Source of the DNA: Malacoraja senta
Taxonomy: Eukaryota
NCBI GenBank assembly: GCA_038087875.1
Contig: CM075993.1
Span: forward strand, 4,218,001-4,282,000
Direction: 5' to 3'
DNA length: 64,000 nucleotides
The notes beneath the pieces were generated by a model. The model was not told the DNA's origin. It worked only from the letters and a program-made list of their open reading frames with translations, and searched no databases. This document shows, in pieces, positions 38,201 through 50,200 of this stretch (position 1 is its first letter; the number at the start of each line of letters is the position of its first letter). Made by a program: the position numbers and the translations under genes.

Positions 38201-41200
38201 AAATGTAATTTATTAACTCTTCTCTTCAGGGTGATGGCCACCTGTGACTTATTATTTTAATGCAGCAACCATGCATCTCTGTTGCCATTCAGATTTAGTG
38301 ATGCCAGAGGATATGTGTCCACGCACACTATATATAAACTATTCTTGCAGTTATGGTGGTACAGGTAATGCTACCCCAGATCTGAAGGAGAGCTTCTGGC
38401 TCCTAAATTGTCAATCTTTGCCTTCACTATGAGAATTGGTTCAAGTAAGCATGGTTGTTTCCTCCTTCTATTAACAAACTACCAATATTGAAGCTGGCAC
38501 GTAAAAAAATAAAATAGCTTGTCTAAGAGGCCAGAAGGGATCTAGCAAATGAGGATATGTTTAATCACTGAGAGAATCTTTCATAAATTGCTGGGATAAA
38601 GATATGGACTAAAATATGCAGCTTGGCATTCTACTTTGTATAATTATTTCCCATTATTATTGTTCTGTGGAATAGGCCCTACAATTTTGTTTTATAAGTG
38701 ATAGAGAGGAGGAAGAGATTGCCAAATAAATGATTGAAACAATATAATGAGCACTTGAACAAAACTCATCTAATCCATCTATCCACATCAGTTTTGTTTT
38801 ATAGTTTATAGTTATCTGTGAATGAATCTAGATTTTATTCTGTTTTGGGGAAGTAAGAAAATTGAACCTTGTTTTAATTGGCGGTGTTTATCCGAAAGTA
38901 TTTAAACTCACAGCCTCTTTTTGCCTTCTCAGGATCCTTCGGTAACTCAGCTGGCTAATGCCAACCAGCAAGGTATTGATGATTTTAATCCATTCACTGA
39001 GAACAGCAGGCTGGTAAGTTTCAACATTGTTGATATCTTGTCCTCCTTTTAGTTCCACGGAGCAAACTTTAACAGTGGTCCTTCTTCCTAGCTCAGTTGT
39101 AGAAGACTTCTATTGGCAGTTTTCTTCAGATTTGCAGGAGCAAAGTGATTGTTCAGACATGTTCTGTGCACAAATGTTTTTGGCTACAACACTTGAATTC
39201 TCAGCTTTAGCTGATGAGGGGTATCCAGCAGTGTTTCCCCATCAGGTAGATGTATTTTTTTAGTAACAATTAATTGCTGGGAAGGAGGCAGGTGGGAGTG
39301 GCATTGAACAGGGTTGTAATTTGTTGGTTAAGCTTGCCGCACACCACAAGCTACTGGAAGTCCCTCAGTTAAGCTTGGTATGCAAATTGTCAATCATTGA
39401 TTAGGCCATCTTATAAAACTCATGAGAAGGGACCCAAACATGTTGGATCCCACCCACGTTCTCCCTGTGCATGTGTGGAATTTCAATGGGCTTGTTGGCC
39501 CTGGAAGTAAGACCACCACATTTTTGACAGGAAACCATGCAGCCTCTGTGTCAAAGGTTCTGATGTTAATACCTATTTTATTTATTTTGTCTACATTTAC
39601 ATTATTAAAAGTCTGTAACTTTGAAAGTGGGTTTATCCGTAGTTTCACTTTCACTGGCGTTCCACACCAGGGCATCCGAAATGTCCTCATTCTTCAGGGA
39701 ACGGGGCTTCCCCTCCTCCACCATAGATGAGGCTCGCACCAGGGTCTCTGCCATACCCCGCAACACTGCTCTCTCTCCCTATCCCCCCACTCACAACATG
39801 GGCAGAGTCCCCTTAGTCCTCACCTTTCACCCCACCAGCCGTCACATACAACAAGTGATCCTCCGTCAGTTTCGCCACCTCCATCCAACGTGATCCCACC
39901 ACTCGCCACATCTTCCCATCTCCCCCCATGTCTGCCTTCCGCAAAGACCGCTCCCTCCGTAACTCCCTTGTCAATTCTTCCCTTCCCTCCCGTACCACCC
40001 CCTTCCCGGGTACTTTCCCTTGCAACCGCAAGAGATGGAACACTTGTCCCTTCACCTCCCCCCTCGACTCCATTCAAGGACCTAAGCAGTCGTTCCAGGT
40101 GCGACAGAGGTCCACCTGCATCTCCTCCAACCTCATCTATTGCATCCGCTGCTCTAGATGTCAGCTGATCTACGGTGAGACCAAGCGGAGGCTTGGCGAT
40201 CGTTTCGCCGAACACCTCCGCTCGGTCCGCATTAACCAATCTGACCTCCCGGTGGCTCAGCACTTCAACTCCCCCTCCCATTCCGTATCTAACCTCTCTG
40301 TCCTGGGTCTCCTCCATGGCCACAGCGAGCAACACCGGAAATTGGAGGAAATGCACCTCATATTCCGCTTGGGCAGTCTACATCCTGGGGGCATGAACAT
40401 TGAATTCTCCCAACTCTGCTAGCCCTTGCTGTCCCCTCCCCTTCATCAGCCCTCTGGTTGTCTCTTCCCAGCCCTCGGGCTCCTCCTCCATCTTTTTTCC
40501 TTTCTTCTCCCCACCCCCTATCAGTCTGAAGAAGGGTTTCGGCCCGAAACGTTGCCTATTTCCTTCGCTCCATAGATGCTGCGGCACCCACTGAGTTTCT
40601 CCAGCATTTTTGTGTACCTCCGTTTCACTTTAAATGTTGGGTGTGTTGTTTTGTCCAGTGTGGTAGTTAAATTGATTTCAAATAGTACAGGTCACGCAAA
40701 CATGACTAAACTGGATTTTTAAAATAATTTGGGGAAATAATGGGTTCCAGCATTGACATAAATAACTACCAGATGTTCCTTAGATAGTGATAATTGGGGT
40801 GATTCCCACGCTTTGTTAGATCTGTGTAATTTGTGTACTTTTATCAGTTGGCATAATGCATTCAGTTTTTCTCCTACCTGATGTCTCGCTCCCAACCTAT
40901 TGGGAAATGTTAGCCACTCACCGGGAGTACAGTCCGCATCACCAACCTTGGCTATATACACTTCACTGAGTGTGGGGCTGAAAACATGGCTAAGTTGCAT
41001 GTAGTTCCAACATAGTTTATTCAGCATGAGAATATTCTCTTCTTGTTCCTCATCCAGGTCATGAAGCTCATTGTTGTACCCTATTAACCTTCTGGTTTAA
41101 AATTAGTTAACTTGATCAGGAGATTGGCCCCAATGTGCAAGGCACATGACTTGCACGTCTGAAGAAGGGTTTCGACCCGAAACATTGCCTATTTCCTTCG

Positions 41201-44200
41201 CTCCATAGATGCTGCCTCATCCGCTGAGATTCTCCAGCATTTTTGTCTACCTTCGATTTTCCAGCATCTGCATTTCCTTCTTAAACATGACTTGTTATTT
41301 TATGTTGACCTAATCCAGGGGGTGGGAGATTGCAACCTTCACGTGGTCGGCCCTGTTTCGACTAATGCAATCAACCCGGCGTGCACAATCAAACAAGATC
41401 AAATAGAACAAGTTGTCCTACAACTTTAGGCTGTGCGCGCCATACGCAAGAAGAAGAACCTAATCCAGGATTATATTTGTGATTGTTATTTACTGTATAA
41501 AGTGAGAAGGTTTTGTTAAATACAGTATTTCTCAAAGCTATTTTTTTGCTGAAGAGATAGATTTAACCCAATAAGCACTGAACAGAATAAATTGTTTAGT
41601 GCTTATGGTATCTATTGCATTCTTTGTTATATTATTGTTTTTAATTGAATTGTTTTGTGTAGGACATCCAAATAGGCAAAATAAAACGTCATTATTTATA
41701 ATAGACCAGTTAGAACAATTCTACATATAGATTTACAACAATTGTGCTTTAATAATACTGCAGCGATTTATGGACCATGAATAAGAGAATGTATTTGTCA
41801 CTTTGGTTGCGCAATGAATTCTGAATTCTAACGTTCAGTGCTATATAAAGTTGGATAAGGCACAGGGGTTAATTCTTACATTTTACTGGTTCAGATGGGC
41901 ATAACATGTCATGGACAATATCCGAATGAAAGCAATACATTCACATGCTGTCTTGGCCTAAATTGCTGCTCCTTCCCCCTCCCCTCCTCAACAAAGCGAC
42001 AGTTGTTTGTTCAGCTTGCAGCTCGCCATTGCTGATATAAGATGGCTACTGTGTCTGCTCATAAACACTGGGTGCACTTTAAAAACAACTTGTGGCAACA
42101 TGAGGCATGGTATACATGAGTTTTAGTTTTACTGTATATTTTCTACAATCACAAATGACCTTTATTGCAGATTTGATTCCTGATGTGTGGAAAGGGTCTG
42201 ATGATATTCAATTCAAAGTTAGCACCTTGGTATGTTCCTAATTTTATTTTTACTCTTTAGACTCCTGCTGCAACAGATACCAAAGTTCCAAATGCACCGA
42301 AGGTTGCTCCTTCTCAGCCAGCAATCTTGCAGCCTACAGTGGAACCCAGTCCTCAGGTATGCTAAATAATGGAATGTTATGGAATTCTGTTGTGCAGTTA
42401 ACAGGCACAATAAATGTAAAATGTTAATAGAAGCTGACTTTATTCAGTTAGTGGTATTTACTAACTTAATTCACGTAATTCAAACTGTGAATTGACAGAT
42501 TGAACCAACCCATAAGAACAATCTACACCACAGATGAATGCACATTCTTTCACATAGATGGGGATGAATGATCCTGCCTAATCCATAGCATGGGGTCCCC
42601 ATTCATTACCCTCCTGTGTGACATCAATTAACTCTGACTGAATATTTTCCACAGTAGATTTAAAAAACCCATGACAGTATTTGAGAGGGAGTGGATCTGA
42701 ATCCGAGCCAACTGTTTTTCATTGCTGGGTAAGCTGTAGCTCTGTGTGGGGTACTCTCATCTCTTAAGTCTGATTCAAGTTTTGGTTCAAGTTCTATTCT
42801 GCAGAATAACCACACACATCTGGACTGCTCGCACAGTATTAAGGGAGTGTTACACTTCCAGAGCATTTTTTAGATGAGACACTGAAAGGAGGGATTGTCT
42901 GCTGTCTCAAGTGGAGCAAAACATCCTGTGACACTATGTCAGGGAAGAGTGAGGGAGATTTACTTGATGTTCAGACCAATATTTATTCCTTATTTAACAC
43001 AGAAGAACAAATGTGTCATGCCATTGTTATTGACAGTATTTTGTGCACTAATTTGCAACCATTCATATTATTTTATAATAGTAGCAACCCATCAAAAATT
43101 GCTTGATTGACGACAGACTCTTTCATGACTTAAAAGGAATGTGGAAAAAAAGAGTAGTTTGAATAAATAATAACACTTGGGCTGCACGGTGGTGCAGCGG
43201 TAGAGTTGCTGCCTTGCAGCGCTCGCGGCACCGGAGACCCGGTTCGATCCCCACTATGGGCGCTGTCTATACGGAGTTTGTACGTTCTCTCCATGACCTG
43301 CGTGGGTTTTCGAGATCTTTATTTCCTCCCACACTCCAAATACATACAGGTTTGCTTGGTATAAGTTAAATTGTCCCTAGTGTGTGTAGGATAGTGTTAA
43401 TGTGTGGGGACTGCTGGTCGGTGCAGACTCGGTGGGCCGAAGGGCCTGTTTCCGCGCTGTATCTCTGAACTAAACTAAAGTAAACTTGGGAATTATTTGC
43501 CTGTAAATGAAGGAAATTAAATATTGGGTGTTTACAACGTGCAACAAAGATTCTAAAAATGCAGCATAATACAAAGAACAGGGTGAAGCATCATTGAGAA
43601 TCGAACTGCAGATGCTGGAAATCTGAAATAAAACCAAAAGTGCTGGAAACATTCAGCAAGTCCGGCAGCATTTGTGGATGAAAAACAGTTAACATTTCAG
43701 GTTGTTGTGTTATTGTCCCCTGGTTCAAGCTAGCTTGGTCTTACAACTCTTAAAGCATCCCTTTTAATTTGTTGACATCTTATAATTTTGTGTATTAATA
43801 AACAACTCCCTTATTACCATTTATTCTTGTGTCCCATTTCTTGATCGTATTCCTGCAGTAGAGATGTATCATTTCTGAATTTGACTTCATAGACAATTAA
43901 CCAACACCAGGAATGAGAAAATGGGGAACTATAGTTAACCTTGCTTCATCAGTCGGAAATTGCTACAACCTATTATTAGGAAAGTGGTGGCATGTCATTT
44001 AGAAAAAATTAAAAGGAGTGGTGAGAGTCAACATGGTTTCATGAAAGGGAAATGATGGTTGACAAATTTGTTGGGAGCCTTTGTGGTTGCAGCTAGTAGA
44101 TACGGATATGATATTTTGGAGTTTCGGCATACTTAATCAGATAATGGAATGGTTACTGCACAGAAGGAAGTCATTCGGCTAATAATATCCATCACAGGTC

Positions 44201-47200
44201 ATGGTACCACACAAAGGCTGCAAGCAAAGTTGAAGTATGGGCGATTGGAGGTAATATACTGGTGAGAGTTTGTGAAATGTTATCAGACATGCCAGTTTTG
44301 GTGTGGGGAGGGGGGGGGGTCTTAAGTTAATAATTAGTTCCTTGGATAGGCACAAAATGCTGGAATAACTCTGCAGGACAGGCAGCATCTCTGGAGAGAA
44401 GGAATGGGTGATGTTTCGGGTTGGGGCCCTTCAGACTTGGTCTTTTTAATGTTGAGGGAGATGTTGACGCAGCACCACTCACCAGATGTTCTATCTCTCT
44501 CCTGTATGCTGGCTCGTGCCCACCTGTGATGTGGCCAACAACAGTTGGGTGCTGCTGGGAAAGGTGCGGGGAGGCCCTGACTGTTCACAATCTGTAACCC
44601 TAAGGATTAAGTTGAGTGTAAAAAATCACAGGTTTGGTGCGGATGCAGACTGGTGTGCTGGTGGCTGGTGTGGGTTGTAACGAGGATGTGGACATGTAGC
44701 GGTAGGCTGAGTGAGTAAGCAAGTATAAAGTGGAATTAAACGGGAAAAAAATTAGGTCTAGCTAATTTTGGTTGTGAGGGTACAAGAGTTGAATTTATAT
44801 TTAATGTAGAGAGATTATAGCCCAAGTGAGACCATGCCTTGAATATTGTGGAAATTCATCTCCCTAAAGGCAAACTTGTGATAGAGAGAGTGATCTGAAG
44901 TTCACTTGATTCATTCCTGGTTCTAACCTATGTTCTAAATTCTTTCGGAATTCTTTGTTCTCAAAGAGATTTTGATTTGATTTTAGAAAAATGAGAGATG
45001 ACTTCATAGGGAGATGCCGAGTTGGTGTTTTGCTGACTAGGGTAGTTTGAGTCTACGGTAAGGTCATAATTAGGCCATTTGGCCCATCAAGATACAATCA
45101 CGAAAGTAGGTGTCAGCCAATTGGAACAGAAATGAGAAAATGTCTTCACCCGAAGGGTAGTGAATCTTTGGAATTCTCTACATGAGAAGATGGTGAAGGC
45201 TCCCTGAACACTTACTGAATCGCAGATTATTATTTAAATGGAGAGTAAAAGATTTTAAGGCAATGATGAGGTAGTTGAGGCAGGTACTATAACAACATTT
45301 AAAAGACATTTGGACAGGTACATGGATAGGAAAGGTTTAATGGAATATAGGCCCATCTTTGGCAGGCAAAACTAGTGGAGATGGGGTATCTTGGTTGGCA
45401 TGGGTAAATTAGCCTGTTCCTTTCTGTATGACTAAGAATTGAGGGATTGTGTTCATTCAGGATAGTGGTGCCCAGGTGAAAGATTGGCCTTGAGATCATT
45501 GAATGTAGAGCAGAAACCAGTTGCAGAATGGCTTATTGCCTCTACTTATGCTGCAAGCTAGTAAAGAATATAGAATATATTCAAACAAAGAATCTATTTA
45601 GTGATATCTATAAGATAGAGCCTTGTTGAAGCAGTATATTTGCTAAATTACTATATCTAAAGTTAAGTCTTACATTTTGAAACTTTATCAGAATTATTTT
45701 AGATAGATTTATAGTTATGAAGATTTCCTGTTTTTTAGTTTAGTGCCAATGTTATGTCTTTATAGTAAAACAGGAGTCATTCTCAAAAGTTCCATCTAGC
45801 TTCAAATGTATTCAATGATATTGTCAGGGGCTGCTCACTTTTTTAATCTCCAGTTAAAAGTTTACTTCAACTTTCTTTTAGGAAGTTATACAATTTTTGA
45901 TACAACAGACTTTTTGAACTTTATGAACCCTCTTTTTTAGCTGTAGTCTTTTTGAAAATTTGTATAAGATATTGGCAAATTTTCCCAATTTAGATGATTG
46001 GAATGGTAGATTTTCCATAGTTCCAATCATTCACTCTAAACAGTTAGTATTTTGCTATTTGGGTTGTAGTCTGTTCCCCTAAGAGTGATCATGATTTGTG
46101 TCAATGATTGTACATACTAGATGAGGAATGAGAACTTTTGAGATGGGCCCTTTCAGCAGTTGCAGATTATGGAAATAGACTCTCTAGCTTGTATTGCAGA
46201 TACTACTGTTGCATCAGGCCAGGAAGTTTCTGACTACCTTATCCAATCCATTATCTACTCCAATTAACAATGACAAGTATTCAGAGACCTGCAGGTTATT
46301 AGGGGGAATTCCTTTCGAGTGTAAAGACAAGGTGAGAAGGACGATAGAATAAGGTAGGCTTGCTAACTGAGTATTTAAAAAGGCAGATATGTTAAATATA
46401 ACTTTGGTTATTGATGCACTTTTTCAGTTTTTGTATTTTATCAATTATCTTGCATACTGTTTTGGTTTGAATAAGTACCTATCTTGGTATCAATGTGCTT
46501 CAAGCACATAACTTGGGACGACAGATGGCGCAATGGGCTAAGTGTTCGGCTGGCAACCGGAAGGTAGCCGGTTCGAATCCCGCTTGGAGTGCATACTGTC
46601 GTTGTGTCCTTGGGCAAGACACTTCACCCACCTTTGCCTGCGTGTGAATGTGTGTGAGTGATTGGTGGTGGTCGGAGGGGCCGTAGGCGCAGATTAGCAG
46701 CCACGCTTCCGTCAGTCTGCCCCAGGGCAGCTGTGGCTACAGAAGTAGCTCACCACCACCGAGTGTGACTGAGGAGTGAATGAATAATGCGATGTAAAGC
46801 GCCTTGAGTATTAGAAAGGCGCTATATAAATCCCATCCATTATTATTATTATTATTATAACTCAAACTGGGAATGTAACCCGATTTCTTTATTGCTTCAG
46901 TAATCTGTGCTCTTCATGCCCAACTGAATAAGTGACTATTCAAATGGATGGTGGGGAGGCACTAGAAGTTCCCTTTCATCATGTTTGGCATAACATTCAT
47001 CCTATTGTTTCTCGTTCCCCCATCCTTCCTCCATCTCATCACATGCTGATTGTTTATCAACTTGAATTTAATAGCTTTCAATAATCGAAGAAAGGTTTGT
47101 GAACTGTTATTTCTGCCAGAGCCTCTCCTTTCTATCAGCTGTGTGTTGACAGTGACAGATATTGCATTGATGGCATGGTGCCTCATTTACCATATGGTTT

Positions 47201-50200
47201 TATCTAATACAGGTCTTGCATTGTGACGTGTTAAATAAAGGCCCACTGGCATAATGTATTGCCATCCCTAATACACCAGACATAATTGCCGGCAAGTTAT
47301 TGGCATAGTTCTGTGTACATCAAAAAACAAGTTTAAATTGGTATTACTTTATGTCATGCAGGACACTTGCTGGGGGGGGGGGGACGCTGTAAATTAATTT
47401 GGAATCATAGTGATAACAGTGTGGACACAAGCCTTTCAGCCCAACTGGCCCACACCGTCCAACTTGTCCCAGCTATACCAGTCCCATCTATCCGCATTTT
47501 GGTCTAATTCACTCCAAAGCTGTCCTATCCATGCAGCAAACCTGTCCTATCCATGTAGTTTCCAAAGTTTAAAAAGATAATGTTTACTCTTTCCACGTAA
47601 TGCAGTCCTTCTTCACTACCCACAGCATTCACCTGTTTGATGGGCCATTTTTCTTTAGTAGAGATCCAAGCTTGTTTTATAGAGAATTATCAGAACCAGT
47701 CTTAAGTTGAAATTGTACAGCTCAGAGGTGGATCCAGTTTTCTTACAACACATTTCCTCATGCCTCTGCCACATGGAAATTGTTTTGGGAATTTGAATGG
47801 TTAGTAAGGGGGGGGGAGGGGGGTGGTATTTCTCTGCGGAGATGTTGGTCATTGCCATTTCTAATATTTTGTTCTTGAATAACGCAGGCCAATGTCTCAG
47901 CTGCACAATTGGTACTGCTTCGACAGCAGGAAGAGCTGGAGAGAAAAGCTGCTGAACTAGACCGCAAGGAACAAGAACTCAAAAATGAAAGTTATAATGG
48001 TAGGAATTGGTTCATCTAGCATTCCTATGCCCATGATTAAACTTCATAGTTCTCTATAGATTCATCTATGGTCTTTTTCAATTATATTCTAGTCATCTGC
48101 TCCTACTCTCATCTTTTGCTGCCTTGGGGAAATGTTCTCCACTGATAGCGCACAAACCTTCACCCATCTTTCTCTGAGTGTAGTTCTTTTACTAAAGCTT
48201 CACCTACACCATTCCTTTCAAAGGCATGCATAGAACCTAACACTTTAGCCATCTATTCTAATTTTGTCATTGCTCGGGTGAAAAGCAGGTCAAGTCTGTT
48301 TCTGTTCATATTTTCTGCCATGCTTTAGAGCTTGAATGAGCAACAACCCATTATGAAATATGTATTGTAGAAACAGGCATTTCAGCAAAATGTATTAAAA
48401 AAAATTAAAAGGACAACATCTTCCACTTGAATTGTGGTCATTTTCAGAAGTGATTAAGTTCCATCTATGTACAGCAAGATTGTTAAGCCTTCATTTTTAT
48501 GCTTGGGATGGTTTTGAGGAGGCATTGCATCATGTAGTTAGATTTACACACCTTACTGGAAACATTGTGTACCTGGAAGTTAGAATTGAATAATGTATGA
48601 AATTGTTCTGGCCCCAGGCTGAATTAACAATTGCAGTTCATCAAACCTTAACAGTTTTAAGTTCAACGAACTTTAGAGGCCTGTGTCATTTTTAGAAAAC
48701 CCTTCCTCTTTAACACTTCTGGAAGTTTTTCTTCTAATGTTTCTTTGTTCTTCTGCACAGCAAAAAGAAATAATTGGCCCCCTCTGCCATCATTCTGCCC
48801 CGTCAAGCCATGCTTCTACCAGGACTTTGCAGCTGAGATTCCATCAGGCTTCCAGAGGACAGTAAAAATGTTGTACTATTTGTGGATGTGTAAGTGTATA
48901 GATTTTACTATCTCAAGTAACAAAAATCATAGTGTTTGTGGTTCCCACGATGATTCGTTGCTGACTGGGCCTGACACTGATGAAGCTCCCAGCTTGCTTC
49001 CTTGATCTATCTACAGTGTGCTGGGTGATCCAGCCTCAAGGGCTTGGCAGCAACACAAGCTGGAGAAATTAGAGAACTGTTTGTGTTCTCAATAAATCTG
49101 AGAAAGATTGAGTTTCTTAATATGTAGGCTGAGGGATGACCTTCGAGAGGTGTATAAAATCATGCGGGAAATAGGGTGAATTCAGTCTTTTACCCAGAGT
49201 AGAGGAATTAAGGTGAAAGGGGAATGATTTAATAGGAGAAGGGGCAACTTTTTCCATACAGAGGGTGGTGGGTTTATGGAGCAAGCTGCCAGAGGAGAAA
49301 GATGGGTAGGCACAATAACAGCATTTAAAATACATTTGGATAGATCAAAGTCAAGTTTATTCGTCACATACATATACGAGATGTGCAGTGAAATGAAAAG
49401 TGGCAATGTTTGTGGATTGTGCAAAAAAACTACAAAACAGAATGGAACAGAAACACATATTAACATATTGCATATTTGTGGGAGGAAAAAAAGGAAAAAA
49501 ACAGCAATTAAAAAAAGACACAACAGTAAAAAGGTACAGTAAAGTTAGTCCCTGGTGAGGTAGGAGTTTACAGTCCTAATGGCCTCTGGGAAGAAACTCC
49601 TTCTCATCCTCTCCGTTTTCACAGCATGGCAACGGAGGCGTTTGCCTGACCGTAGCAGCTGGAACAGTCCGTTGCTGGGGTGGAAGGGGGTCTCCCGTGA
49701 TCTTGTTAGTTCTGGAGTTGCACCTTCTGATGTATAGTTCCTGCAGAGGGGCGAATGTAGTTCCCATAGTGCGTTCGGCCGAACGCACTACTCTCTTCAG
49801 AGCCTTCTTGTCCTGGGCAGAGCAGTTCCCAAACCAAGGATACATGGATAGGGAAGGTTTAGAGGGATATGGGCCAATCGCAGGCGAGGAGGTGGGACTA
49901 GCGTTGATGGTGCTTGGTAGGCTTATGCAAGTTGGGCTAAAGGGCCTCTTTCAGTGCTGTATGACTCAATCATCATATAAGTAACAATATTCAAGTCACA
50001 CCTTTTGTTTTTTATTGTTTATGATGGTATCTACTGTACTGTGTTTACAGACATGTTGTGCTGCTGCAAGTAAGAATTTTAGGACATGACAATAAAACGC
50101 TCTTGACTCAAAGTCCTGTTAAGATAATAGCTGTTTTAAAAAAATGTGAAAGGTGACAGTAATTGAGGTGGTGTTTGGAATTAATGTGAGCTATACAGTG

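Noticed and set aside
46515..46590. tRNA gene
   Set aside because: A and B boxes are present but continue into a SINE core, tail and TSD; this is a SINE head.
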